A stretch of 64,000 nucleotides of DNA from Raillietiella orientalis (lineage: Eukaryota), in NCBI GenBank assembly GCA_036172245.1, contig JAYWIR010000021.1, positions 1,302,001-1,366,000 of the forward strand, given 5' to 3'. Position numbers and translations under genes: made by a program. Within the stretch, counting starts at the first letter, position 1; each line of letters starts with the position of its first letter. Of this stretch, positions 36,878 to 48,145 are shown piece after piece. The notes under the pieces were generated by a model that searched no databases, was not told the DNA's origin, and saw only the letters and a list, made by a program, of their open reading frames with translations.

Positions 36878-38714
36878 ACGCTCCTGTCGCGCAGGCGCAC
36901 GCCGAAGACGGGCCTCTGCCGCCGCCCGCGCGCAGCACACCTTCCGGACCGCCCCGGGGAGGCCGAGAGTCGCAGCTGTATGTGCAGCGGGCCGTCACGA
37001 CGGGTCTGTGAGGGGGAGGGGAGGTCTCTGTGGGTTCTCGGAGGACGGCCCCAAATCTCTCCCACGCCCGGGCAGCAAGCACAGATGAATCCCCCCGCGC
37101 TCGCACGCCTTAGGTCAGCGGGAACCACCCGACCGGGAGGGCCCGCACCTCGGCGATGGGTACGGCGACTGAGCAGGGCTCCACGCACTCCGCGAGTGGG
37201 CGACCGGCGGAATTCGGTTTTCTCCCGAGGGCTCAGGAAGCCCCGCGGGCGGGTGAGCGAGCGCTTGACTCAGGACAGCGGGATGCTCGTGGGGCCCGGC
37301 GCCGGAAGGGGATGTTTGCGCGCTCGTGCCCTCAGCCGTTGCCTGAGACGGAGGCCCACGGGGCCGCTGGCCCCGCCTTACCGTGCGTCGCGGATGTCCG
37401 GCAGGATCTACGCCTCTCTGTTTTCCACGGCGACCCTCTGTGCCGGTCGAGCGCCTCGGGGTCGGGCCGGCCGCCGAGACGTAGTCGCCTCGTGAGGCTG
37501 GCGGCGAGGCGCGTGCCTCCCGCCCTCCGGCGACCGCTGGCGTGCGCGGGGTGCTCCCGATGAGGCCTCCAGGCGCGCGAAGTGACCGCGCCCCGCCCCA
37601 CCCGGCTGCCTGCAGTGCGCTCCGGAGCTCGAGGGACAGGCAGGGAAGGTTGAGGGAGGGCCCTTTGAGGGGGTCTTCCAGGGAGCGGCACTGCAAGCCG
37701 GTCCTCATGGTCGACAGATGGCAAAAGGTCGGCGCCCGGCGCAGGTTGCCCCGGCGCCGCAGGCTCCCCGCTGAGCGCCCGTCCGCCCTCGGCGCGCAGC
37801 AAGTGCTCCACCGCGCCCTTCGTCCCTCCAACAATGGCTGGAACCTCCCGAGTGGGGGAAGATCGCCTCGCCCCACTCCCCTTTCGTGTGCTTTCGGTCT
37901 AGAGGGTGGGGCAGGGCGGGGGTGCAGAGGGAAGCGCGGAGAGGTCCCCAGCCCAGACCCCCTCCTCTTTGCCCCTGCCGTCTCACCGGTGCTTCTGTCC
38001 CGAGGGTTGAGGGTCACATGTGTCCCTGTTGTACTCGCAGGGGTCTCGTGGCGATCCCGCTGGAACCGTGCTCTGCCTTCGCTCTCTGCCGCCATCTCCC
38101 GGGCGATTCCTTCCGGGGATGGCCCGCGCGAGCTTCCCTGTCCCGCCCGCGGACAAATACAGGGTCGGGAGTACCCTCGCGCCCCGAGCAGGGCCTCCGA
38201 GGGGCGAGGGCTCTCCGCTTCCGACAATGCCCGCTGACAGATTTTCCCAGCGGGAGTCCCACTTCCCCCTGAGCGGTCGCCATTGTGGGGCCGCCACACG
38301 GGACGCATCTGCGGCAAATTGAGGGCGCGTGTGACGCCCGGAGGGGGCTCTCCTGATTCATCGCGGTCCGCGCGCGCGCGCGCGCCCCGTGCGGGAACGG
38401 TGCAAAGGCAGACGCCTCGCTCGAGGCAGGGTTGCCACCGCTTCCCGGAAAGGAGGGTGGGGCCCTGGACTCCACGAAAGCTATACGGAGTCGGCAGACG
38501 GGCGAGCAGATGGAGGGCAAGCCCACGGAAGAGATGCCCTCAGCTGGTCCGGCGACCCGGCTGTGAGGGCGGATATTCGGACATTGGGGGGGGGGGGACA
38601 CTGACCTTCAGCCCTGAGTGGAAGGACAAGCCAAAGCCCGAAGGAACGACGCCTGTCGCCTTCTCCGGTGTCGCCTTTGAGACCATCGGAGAGATGGGGG
38701 AGGGAAAGGGGGGC

Positions 38715-39306
38715 TGATCCCACTGGCACCCAGGACAGGAAGAGATGGCTAGGGAGGAAGGAGTTAGGGGCGTGGAAGGGCAGGGTCCGTTTGGCTGGAC
38801 GAGAGATTCCGGGTGCTCTGTCCATGCTGTCCACGGAGGAAGGGGAGTCAAAACATTACGACGTTGCTACCGGCAGCATCTCCTGAGCGAGTGCTCCTTG
38901 CCTCCCTGCCACCAGTTGCCAAGTGACCATCTTCCGATGACGGCGAGAATTTCTTTCCCTCCTTCGTCTCCTCCGCCTCGCTCGAAGGTGGCGGGAAGCT
39001 ATGAAGTTGCAGGGGGGCACTCCTCCTCCCTCTTTCCCCCCTCCCCTCGGGAGACAGCGCCGTCCGCCGGATGCGGACGGACGGCAACAGCCAGAGCATC
39101 CTGCCGCACCCGGACGCCCACGAGGGCGCACGAAGAGGACATATGCAAGGAAACGTCGGACTTTTGCGTCCCTCCGTCCTCCGTGGACTGCGCCTTGGAC
39201 AGAGAACCCGTGCTCTGTCGTCCAGCCAAGCGGGCCCTGCCGTTCCACGCCCCTCGCGCCTGCCTCCCCAGCCATCTCTTCCTTGCCCCGAGTTCCGGAA
39301 GGATCA
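38715..39306. repeat. Long imperfect inverted repeat (arms ~38715-38840 and ~39177-39306); MITE/foldback-like
   Basis: Left arm aggaagagatggctagggaggaaggagttaggggcgtggaagggcagggtccgtttggctggacga... matches the reverse complement of the right arm (aggaagagatggctggggaggcaggcgcgaggggcgtggaacggcagggcccgcttggctggacga...) over ~130 bp. Confidence 0.8.
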
Positions 39307-42300
39307 ACCGTCTGCACCCACCGGACAAAGGAAGGACAAAGGCAGGACGATGGCGATGGCGTGTGCCGACAGAAGCCAAGAGGAAGCCTACGGAGGGAGC
39401 GCGAGGCAAAGGGCAGGTAGAGACAGCAATGTGCCAGCGATGGCGCTAAGGGCGGGGACACAGCAATGGTGTTCACGAAGGACGACGCGGATAGCAGAGC
39501 GGACGCCGGGAGAGGCGTTCATCGGGTCCATTGGGACGATCATCTGCATGCTCTGATGCGAGTGCACTCACTCGGACGTCGTGGCAACGCGGGGGTATCC
39601 AGGACGCTCGCAGGGAAAATGATCTTGCATCCAGAAATGGGCTGCGTTTCAGGAAAGTCCTTTGTCCTCTCGTCTGAGGGGGCAGAGGGGGAGGAGGAAG
39701 AATGGAACCGCGAAGGGGAGGACCCTCTTCCGACTGAAAAGTCTTCGTCCAATGCATTCTCGTCCCTCGTGCGGAAAAACCTCGATCGCTTCGAGTGCTC
39801 CAGGTGGTTTCCATGACGACGAGGGAGGGAGGGAGGGAGGAAGAGATCTCCTTCCCGTGCGATCCGCTCCTCGAAACCTTTCAGATCCGATCGCGGGCGG
39901 ACGCACACGCGCCTGTGCGCCGATGAGAGGCAGCTGCGCGGGGGACGAGGGCGCCCCTCGGGATCGGAGGGCCGGGGGGCGCGCCACTGTGGTATGCGCC
40001 CCGCGGACGACACCCTTCCATCTGTGGAAGGATTTCTGCTAACGAAGAGGAGGAGTAGACTGAGTGGGTTCCTCGTGCACCCCGGCGGGCCGCCCTCGAC
40101 CTTCTCCCCGCGGCGGCGCGCCTCTGTGCCTCAGGCTAGGCAATAGGGTGTCGGAATGTGGCGGTTCCCGAGGTGCCGCCGGCGTGGTCAGGGCCCCCTC
40201 GTCCGGAGGGTTCTCCGGCCTCACCTTCTCAGACAGGCGTGACCCCTCCCTGAGAAGGCGAGGCGAGGTGTAGGGAGGATGTGCACGGAAGGGAAGGCGA
40301 GGGGAGCGGCAGGCGGCCGCGTCGACGGCCAGACCCAAAGGGCGTCCTGCGAGCAGTTGCCTGAGGTCAGTTTTGGTCCAAGGTGACATGGACGGAGAAG
40401 AGGATCCGTCTCGCGCCGTTCTCCGTTGACGGGCCGTTGCCCTGGACGAGCCCCTTGGCTCTGCCCCCTCCAAAAAGGCTGGAGTGCTCCTCCGAGGCAC
40501 TAGAAGGTGACGGCGCCCCCTTCCAGAAAGGCCCAAGACTTCAGGTCCGGAGCATCCCGGAAGCGGGCTGAGGGCGCGCTCCGGGGGTCTCCCCAATCCC
40601 TCTCGCAATTCCGTCCCCTTCCGTGAGAGTGCGACCGGATACATTGCGCCACAGGGCGTCATCCCCTCCCCACAGCCCGGCAACGAACCCGGAGGAAGGG
40701 CCTCGGGCGCGGCCCCTCCCCCTGCTTTTCACGCCCGGCGAGCGAAGGGCAAGCAGACGGCAATGCCCACGGAAGGCAGCGGTCACGCCTCGCTGGGGCC
40801 TCCCGGTGGCACTCCACGCAACACAGTGGCGCTGCTGGTCTCCAGTAGGGACCGCGCGCCACCTCAGAGAAGCGGAGCGTGGACGAAGGGTCCGGGGACG
40901 AAAAATTGGGAGGGACCCCGCAGGCGACCCCAGCCAGGCCAAGTCAGCGAATCGGGAGGTCCCCCGCTCCCTTGAGTGTCTGTACCCTTGGGCGTTACCC
41001 AGGAAAGACCGACCAGATGGCAACCGGCTGACTGGGGGCGCGTCGGAAGGGTCGGAACACCGATCCTCTGGGGGAAGGCCCGCCCAGACGCGGCCCCACT
41101 TCCATCCTTCCTGTCCATCCTCCCTCGGAAGGGGGGGTGGGGCTTCCATCCCGGGATGCGTCTGCCCTCGCGTTCCCTCTTCCCCCCCCCCCCCCCCCCC
41201 GGCGTTCTCGGCGTTCCTCGGCTTGCCCGTGCGCTCACCGAGACTCGGAAGCGGGTCCAGCGCCCCTTGGGGGCCGTCGCTGGATGGAGTGGTTTCTCTC
41301 ACCCCACTCCAGTCCTCGGTGGAAGGCGGGGGGAGGAGCGGAGGTGGCGGCCGCCGCATCCCGACCAGCCAACCGCCGCCCCTCCTTCGCGTTGCCCCGG
41401 CAACTTCCCGCGGAGCGCGTCCCCTCGAGCTCCCGCCTTCGATCCGGAGCGGCGGCGCTGTCGGACCGCAGGCAGCGCCGGAAGCGCCGCCGGCTCCGGA
41501 CTTCCTCCTTCCCTGGGAAGGAAGGCATGGCAGGGGCAGTGGGAGGGGGGAAGACGGGGAAGGGAGGGATCCCGGGGGCGAAAGGCGGGAGACGTGGGAC
41601 GTGGGATCGAGGACTCGTCGTCATCCTCCCGGCGCGGAGAGGATGGCGCTCCTGGCCGGCCGGCAGCCTCCTCGCCGCCCCGCTTCCTCCTCCCCGGTCT
41701 CCATAGAAACTCCGGCTGCACCCTCTTCCCCCGGATCCTTTGTTCCCGTAATTCAATAACCGGGAAAGCTCGCTCGCCCGCGCGCGGGCGCGCGGGCGCG
41801 CGGAGAGCCGCCCGTCGCCGTCTGCTCCCGTCCCTGCCTCTCGGGAGTTCTCATGGATCGAATTGCATTGGAGAGGCCTGCCGCCTGGGGATACGCGAAG
41901 GGGGGGAGGGGAAGGGGGGGCAGGAGGCGTTTTTGCTTTTTTTTTTTTTTTTCCTTCTTCCTCTCCCGGGGGCACGGAAAAAAGGGGACGACCGCCAGGC
42001 GCGCGCGCGCGTCTTCTCTCCCTCCCGTTCGCAACATCTGAAGGGAGGGAGGAAGGGGGAGAGGGACCAGGACGGCAGCGGAGGCCGCCGTTCCGGAAGG
42101 AGGGGCAAAAATCCTGCGTGCCGGAGGAATGCCCGCGAGGGCCCCTCGCCCCTCCGAAAGGGGAAGGAAGGGAAGGGACACGATCCAAGGGAGCGAATCC
42201 GCCCCGATTCCTCCGGGTTGCCCGGCGGGCACGCGTCCTCTCATCTGCCGGCTCCGCCGCCGCGGGAGGAAGGGGAAGGAAGGAGGGGGAAGGGGAAAGG

Positions 42301-45300
42301 GAAAGGCGCCGCGGCTTGGGGAACTTCGGGGGGGAGGCGAAGGCGGTGGACATCGCGCCTTTCGGGATTCGCTCCTCTCCCCCTCCCCGCTCTCCCCTGT
42401 TTCCGGGGAGCGGTTCGCTCTGCTCCGCCTCCCTCCGCGATGCTCCCAGAAGCGGATGCCAAGCTGACCTCAGGCGTGACGGCGGAGGTCCCTCCCTGCT
42501 CAAGGTTGGCCCCTACCGGCCGTCGGGGCGCTCACCGGAAGGAGTGGCTGCCCTTCCTCTTCCCGGTTGTCTTCGGGCGGGATGGGCCCCTCAGGAGCCT
42601 CAGAGAGTCGGCGGGAGCTCTGGCTGAGAGATCGTTCCCGTCCCATCCCGCAGCTCCTCGTCCGGGTGTTGTCGACATGGGAACGGGAGGGAGGTCGGGG
42701 GAGGGGGGAGAGAGAGAAGACTCCCAAGCGCGTTCGAGGAACGGCGGTGGGGGACAGCTCTTTGAAGATCTCGCCGGGCCCTGCTCGTCCCCTCTGACCT
42801 CAGAAATCTAATCCCCCCCCTCGCTCTCCACTACGGCCCATTCTCTGGGAGACCCGGGTTGTGGAGGGGACGCTTCCAGAGGCGGCTAGCGGACCCGGGG
42901 CATCTTTTCAGGACGTGAACTCATCGCCATTCCCCCTCATCATCCGGTAGGGGCGACGACGACCCACGCATGAAGCGCGCGCCAAGCATGGTCACCACCA
43001 CCCTGCTCTCCTCCCACAGCAACGAGGTGGCGACCCCCTCGGCCACTTTCTGGTACTCGGGAGAAAGAGATGCCTCGGGCGAGGGAGGATCCCGGCAGCA
43101 CCGACCTTCCTCAGCAGCCTGGGGGTCACGACCGAGCAGCAGCAGCAGAGGCAGCCGTCCGGCGTGCAAGGGCAAGGACTGCCGTGTAAACCCTTCTCCT
43201 CGTGGGTCTGCTTCCCCCTCTCCCAGCGCTCTATACGAGAAGGTGTATACTCTGATGACCGACTGGCTATCCCAGGAGAAGGTTGCGGACGGACGAAGGT
43301 CCAGAGAGGTCGCGCCTCTCCGACCTCGTCGCCGCTAGAATCCCCGATAGCTAGGGGAAGCGAAGGGGACAAGGAGCGCTGGGACCTCCACCCTCTGGAG
43401 GACGTCAGCTGCCCACCGGGGATCAACGGACGGTCTACTTCGCCGGATGGGCCACGGCCCAGGGAAAGCCGACCGCCCAGCGGGGATGAGCGCAGCTGGG
43501 GAGCGGACGCAGGAGATGCCCTCCTCCACCTCTGACACGGCTCAGTTCCTTCGAGGACGAGCCCCAGGAGGAAAAGGTGATCGAGGGGGGAGCAGGGAGG
43601 AGGTAGTCAAGGTGCTGCGGGGTGTCAGGGGCCTCCGGAAAGGCCCCAAGGAGGAGCCATTGGGCTCTTTCCGATTTGTCGGCTCCTCGTCTGACGATTC
43701 CCGCCCTGCGGCTGGGGTTGTGGGCGGGAGGAGGGCCCTCTGGCACCACGCGGAGACGCGTCCTTCTCCGGGCCGAAGGTCACGTCTGGGGGAATCGAGG
43801 CGGTGGGATGGCTAGGAGGTCATCGCGGGGGGGGGGCAAGGAAGCGCTAGCGGCTAAAGGACTCCCCGGTCAGCGGGAGGTCGCCGGTCTTCTGGCTCGC
43901 GTGTGCCTCTACGGAGACCCTGGGCCTATCGGGCAGCCTTGGAATTGAGGGTGCTACTGGAAGGGCAAGGGGAGGGAGGAGGAATGTGCCGCCTAGGACG
44001 CCTTCCGACCCGCCCGCCTCCGTCCTTCAGGAGCGAAGCTGCAGGCCCGCAGGGTCCGGCACTTCTCAGGCAAGCAGTCGGCCAGCTTGTCGTCGTCGGC
44101 GCCACGGGGTCGGCTTGACCCCACCCCAGAAGGGAGCAAGGGGGGACGACTCTCCCCCCTCTCTTTTCGTGCGTCACCACAGGAGGCAGGGTGGTCATCC
44201 ACCTCCAGACCGCCGCCGCCTACCCCCCTTTTAGGGTCGGCCGCCCACCTCCCAGTCCCATTTTTTTTCCCCTTCTCTGCTGAAAGGAGTCGCACTGGGG
44301 TGAGTGCGAGGTGCTCCGCCTGGCCCTCCCTCAGCCCTGCTCATTCCGGGGCAGCCGATGGCGCTTGAGTGCTTTCGGCCGGGAACTGAGCCACCACAGG
44401 TCTAGTCTTCCGGGCTGCCTCCCCCTACCGACCCACAGCACCTGTCACGAGTGCACTTCCTCCTCCCTTTCCCTCCCTCCTGAGTGGCGCACCGCAAGAG
44501 GGAGTCCCCGCGCGGGCTTTGAAAGTCGGTCCCAAAAGAGGTCCCCTCTCCAGCGCCGAGACCAAGGGCGCAGAAGGGTTTCCGGACAGGGGGGTCCGGG
44601 GACCTCCACCCACTTTCGCGGCGGTCGCCGAGCGCCCTCTACCCAGTCTGGGACGGTCCTCTGCGTTGCCTGCGGACCCCTCCGGTGACCCCTGGGAAGA
44701 GCACGCGTGCAGAGGGGCTCAGAGAGGGGGTGGAGGAGGGGAAACCCGGTGACCCCCTTCCGCCTCGTTTTCTGGAGGCGGAAGGGGGCCCCAGTGCCCT
44801 GCCGAGAGGTTCCCTTTCAGGACGACCACGAGGCTTCGACTTCCGCCGACGGTTCTCCGATTCCTGCCTCCTCCCGACGACTATCCAGGTTCCTCCCTCC
44901 TCCCTTCCCCTCCCGCGCCTCATCACTTGCACTCCGCGAGCAAGGTGAGGCGGTGAGGGCGGGTGAGTGCCGGGAGACGTGGCGCGATCCCCTGCGTGTT
45001 TCGTGCCGCTTCCGCTCGAACCACAGCGGCTTCGGAAAGCGGCAGAACTTCGCCACCGGAAAGACCACTCTTTGCAGCGGTGGGCGAGGGAAAGGCCAGT
45101 TAGAAACAGGAAAACTGGGGTGTACGAGAAACGACCCCACTCTCTAGTATCTACAAATAAGCTTGGAATTCTGCGTTGAAAATCAGCGCTCGAGTTTTGC
45201 TTACTAACTCGAAAATCTACCGAGCGATGCGCCTATTCATGTGTACAGATTTATACATGTGTACACATTCAGAATGTGCTTAGTGGCTGCTTGCTGTTTG

Positions 45301-45812
45301 AGATGAAATACATCCCCAACCGTCCCTCATAGCGGAAGCTCTCTCGTTTTAGGTTTCGAACCTGCCGCTGAGCGTCAGCACGAGCGCCTTAAAAGCATCG
45401 TTCGATCTCTCTTATTCGTCAGAGGGGATCCCATCTCTCATGCTGGTGAGTGCTCTCACACTATGACGACCACACGATGCCCCCGTTCCCAAGGGAGGAG
45501 GGGTTCCGTAAAGTGTAGATCGATCCGAATCCGCTCAAGGAGCCTGGTGAAGCTGCCCGTTTGGTTCGGCTGCCCCGGCCTTAGTGCGGAGGGTCTTACA
45601 CAGATGGCACCGTTCGCGCTGCGCGCTTGTCCGACTCTTCGCCCAACGGGCTCCGACCCGTTCCCGCGGACAGGGGAACGCTTTGGCCAAATCAGGAGGT
45701 ACTCCCGCCTCCGGGAAGACGGGGGAAAAGGGGAATGCCATCCCGTCTCCGCTGCCGTCCTCCGCATGACTGGTTCAAATAAGCACAGAAGGGTCCGGCA
45801 CTTCCGATAGGA

Positions 45813-46372
45813 AGGCTGTGCCCTGAGGACCCTTTGTGCTGAGCGATGGTCCGCGTGACCAGGAGACTCTACCACGTTTTCCCCTGCTGGACGCTGAGAC
45901 AGGACGGTGAGAGCTCTGAAGGCGCTGATCGGCCTGCAGAGGACCACAAGAGTCTTAGCGGGAATGTTCGACGAGAAACGCAAATGTCCCGCGCTACAAT
46001 CCCGTGGTTCGGACCAGCGTCGCCCTCTTCATCACGAGCGTCGTGATCAAAAGGGCAAAGATGAGGAACACATGGCCAAGAGTCCCCCGCCATCAACATA
46101 TTACAAGGACTCATAAAGCGAGAAATAAGGATCAGGAACTGTGGCAGAATATCCGCCTGGACGTACCGCTACATCTCGAAGATCGCGGACTTGACCAGAG
46201 AAAGTAAACCGCCCTCCAGCCCCCCAGTCCCCTCTATTTCCATACCCTATCCCCAGGAAACAACCCCGGAGGTGGCATCCCAAAGGACACTGTGTGGAAA
46301 AACGGGGTACTGTGGGTATCCGCGGATGGAACGCGAATGGACGGGTGCGATTGGTTGCCATTGATCAATAAA
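45813..46372 (+). mobile_element. Possible decayed 3' end of a non-LTR retrotransposon
   Basis: Interrupted reading RLCPEDPLC*...(ETL)/HVFPC resembles a CCHC zinc knuckle; followed by basic helical peptides and AATAAA at 46367-46372. Needs a stop and frameshifts. Confidence 0.2.
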
Positions 46373-47869
46373 CTCACCCCACCGCTTGTCGGACCTGGAT
46401 CAAAATCGGGATACTCTTCCGCCAGGGTGATCTCGCTCGGGGGAAGGAGGGGGCAGAGACTTCTCTGAGTCGCGCTCCCACTCGCGTGGACTCCTGCGCA
46501 CCTGGACTGGACGGCTGGAGGGACGGACGTCCCTTGGTAGCCCGCCTCGCCCCCTCTCCTCAGGAAACCCCTTCTTTCCAACAGTCTCGCCATCCGGTTA
46601 AGACCCCTCGTTTCCATGGAAGGTAGCGGGGGAGAACTTCCCAATGTCTCCGCATCAGCCTCACAGCAGCCATCCTGGAGTGCCCCTGGGAGCCTGAGAG
46701 AGCGCTTGGCAACCCTGCCTCGGGGCAGGCCGCTTGACTTGACCCCACCCACAGCCACACGTACGCAGGATGGCACCTCCTTCGCGACTGCTCCGACCCC
46801 AGGGAACCCACCGTTTCTTGCTGAACGGGCCCGGGCTGACTAGGCTCCCAGAGGCCTTCTGGAAAAAGGAGAGAGGGAAGAATTCCCACCGTTTCCCGGG
46901 GGCGAAGAAGCAGCGTCCTACGAGGACCTCCTTCCTCGTCTGCGAATCCAGGGTCGGACGTTCTCTCCCCGAGAGGGGGAAGGACGTGGTCCCAGCAGGT
47001 CCAGAACAAGGCCAGAGAGAGGAGGCGGTCTCGGCGCCTGGGGAGGAGTTCCTAGCTCCCCCCAGGCATAACCTTGCAGGCTCCGCGGCTGGCGCCGAGT
47101 GGCTCCCTCCCTTCCTTGTGGCGCGAGGCCAACTGACCTGGAGCTGGACTTTCATGAGGACGAGCTCTCCGAGCCCGACCTGACCCCTACCCTCCCTCGT
47201 CTCCCTACTTTTTCATCAGCGTGGTGGGACGACCTCGGAAAAGAGGGGAGAGCCTCCTCGAGCCGCCGCCCTGCACTAGGATAGATGCAGCGGAGCAGGT
47301 GGCGTCTGCCACTAGTCCTCCTCCGGGAACTTAGTGCGGACGCCGCGGGCGCCCGGCGAGAAGCTCCGCCAGTCGAGAGCGGCGTTGCTCCCTCCCCCCG
47401 CCTGGCCTCCGCCGTCCCGATTAGGGCGGCACTTCGCCTGCGATCCACCCGCTTCGTCTCGCCCCTCCCGACTCTGCCGATCGTTCCGGACTGCGGCGAG
47501 CCCTGGCACCGGGAGACGGAAGGGTTCCCTCTGCGGGAGGCCACGCCCGCCCTCCCGCATGGCCTTCAATCGCTCCAGGTCCACCGCCTGCGGCACCACA
47601 GCAACCAGACCGGCTTCTCCGTGCTCATATTTCTTGCGGCTGCCCGGGGTCGCTCCTGGTCACCGGTGACCCCAAGTTCCGGGCTTGAGCTCGGGGGATC
47701 ACCGCCTCGTGTCCTTGACCCCTGATTCCCGGAGAGGAAAGGGCAGATCCCCTTAGATGCAGCTGCCTTCCCCTCCGCTCCTCTCCTCCGGCAGGCAGCA
47801 GAGACCGGAACTGACCTCGCAGGTTGTTCCCGAGGGGCCGGGGAGGTCAGTTGACGAGACCCTGGAATG

Positions 47870-48145
47870 TTCTCTGGCACGGAGGTCATTATACTCGCCG
47901 CGGTGTCCTTTGAAGGATTCCGGAACCTGCGGGCATGGACCCTTCGCAGTGCAGAGAAACCCGCACGACCACAGGCGTTTCTAATGGTTGCCGTCGAGAG
48001 GGCCGTAGCCTCCACGATGCTAAAGAAAAGTGGGAAGATCGTAGGCGGGATGTGGGGCCCTCCGGGACACCCCTCCGGCACTGCGGTCGCTTGCTCCTCC
48101 CCGGGATCTCGGACAGCCCTGGAAGCATCCTAGAACGACTCGCTT
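47870..48145 (-). mobile_element. Possible decayed pogo/Tc5-type (DDE_1) transposase fragment
   Basis: Reading VLGCFQ... then, after a frameshift, CPGGPHIPPTIFPLFFSIVEATALSTATIRNACGRAGF loosely follows the DDE_1 C-terminal pattern DVGxFxPLK...HPGxxI...F...A.T...IxxxFxxxG. Confidence 0.22.

Noticed and set aside
40976..42811. 611-aa ORF and many other 200-430 aa ORFs in the GC-rich regions
   Set aside because: Arg/Gly/Pro/Ser-rich translations crossing homopolymer runs, open on both strands, with no domain; expected from stop-codon scarcity at high GC.
43590..43910. Peptides EEVVKVLRGVRGLRKGP (RT-like) and KEALAAKGLPGQREVAGLLARV (SAP-like)
   Set aside because: Too short, in different frames and without supporting motifs.
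45351..45400. Minus-strand GGTTCGAAAC (B-box-like); tRNA or SINE?
   Set aside because: No cloverleaf or convincing A box.
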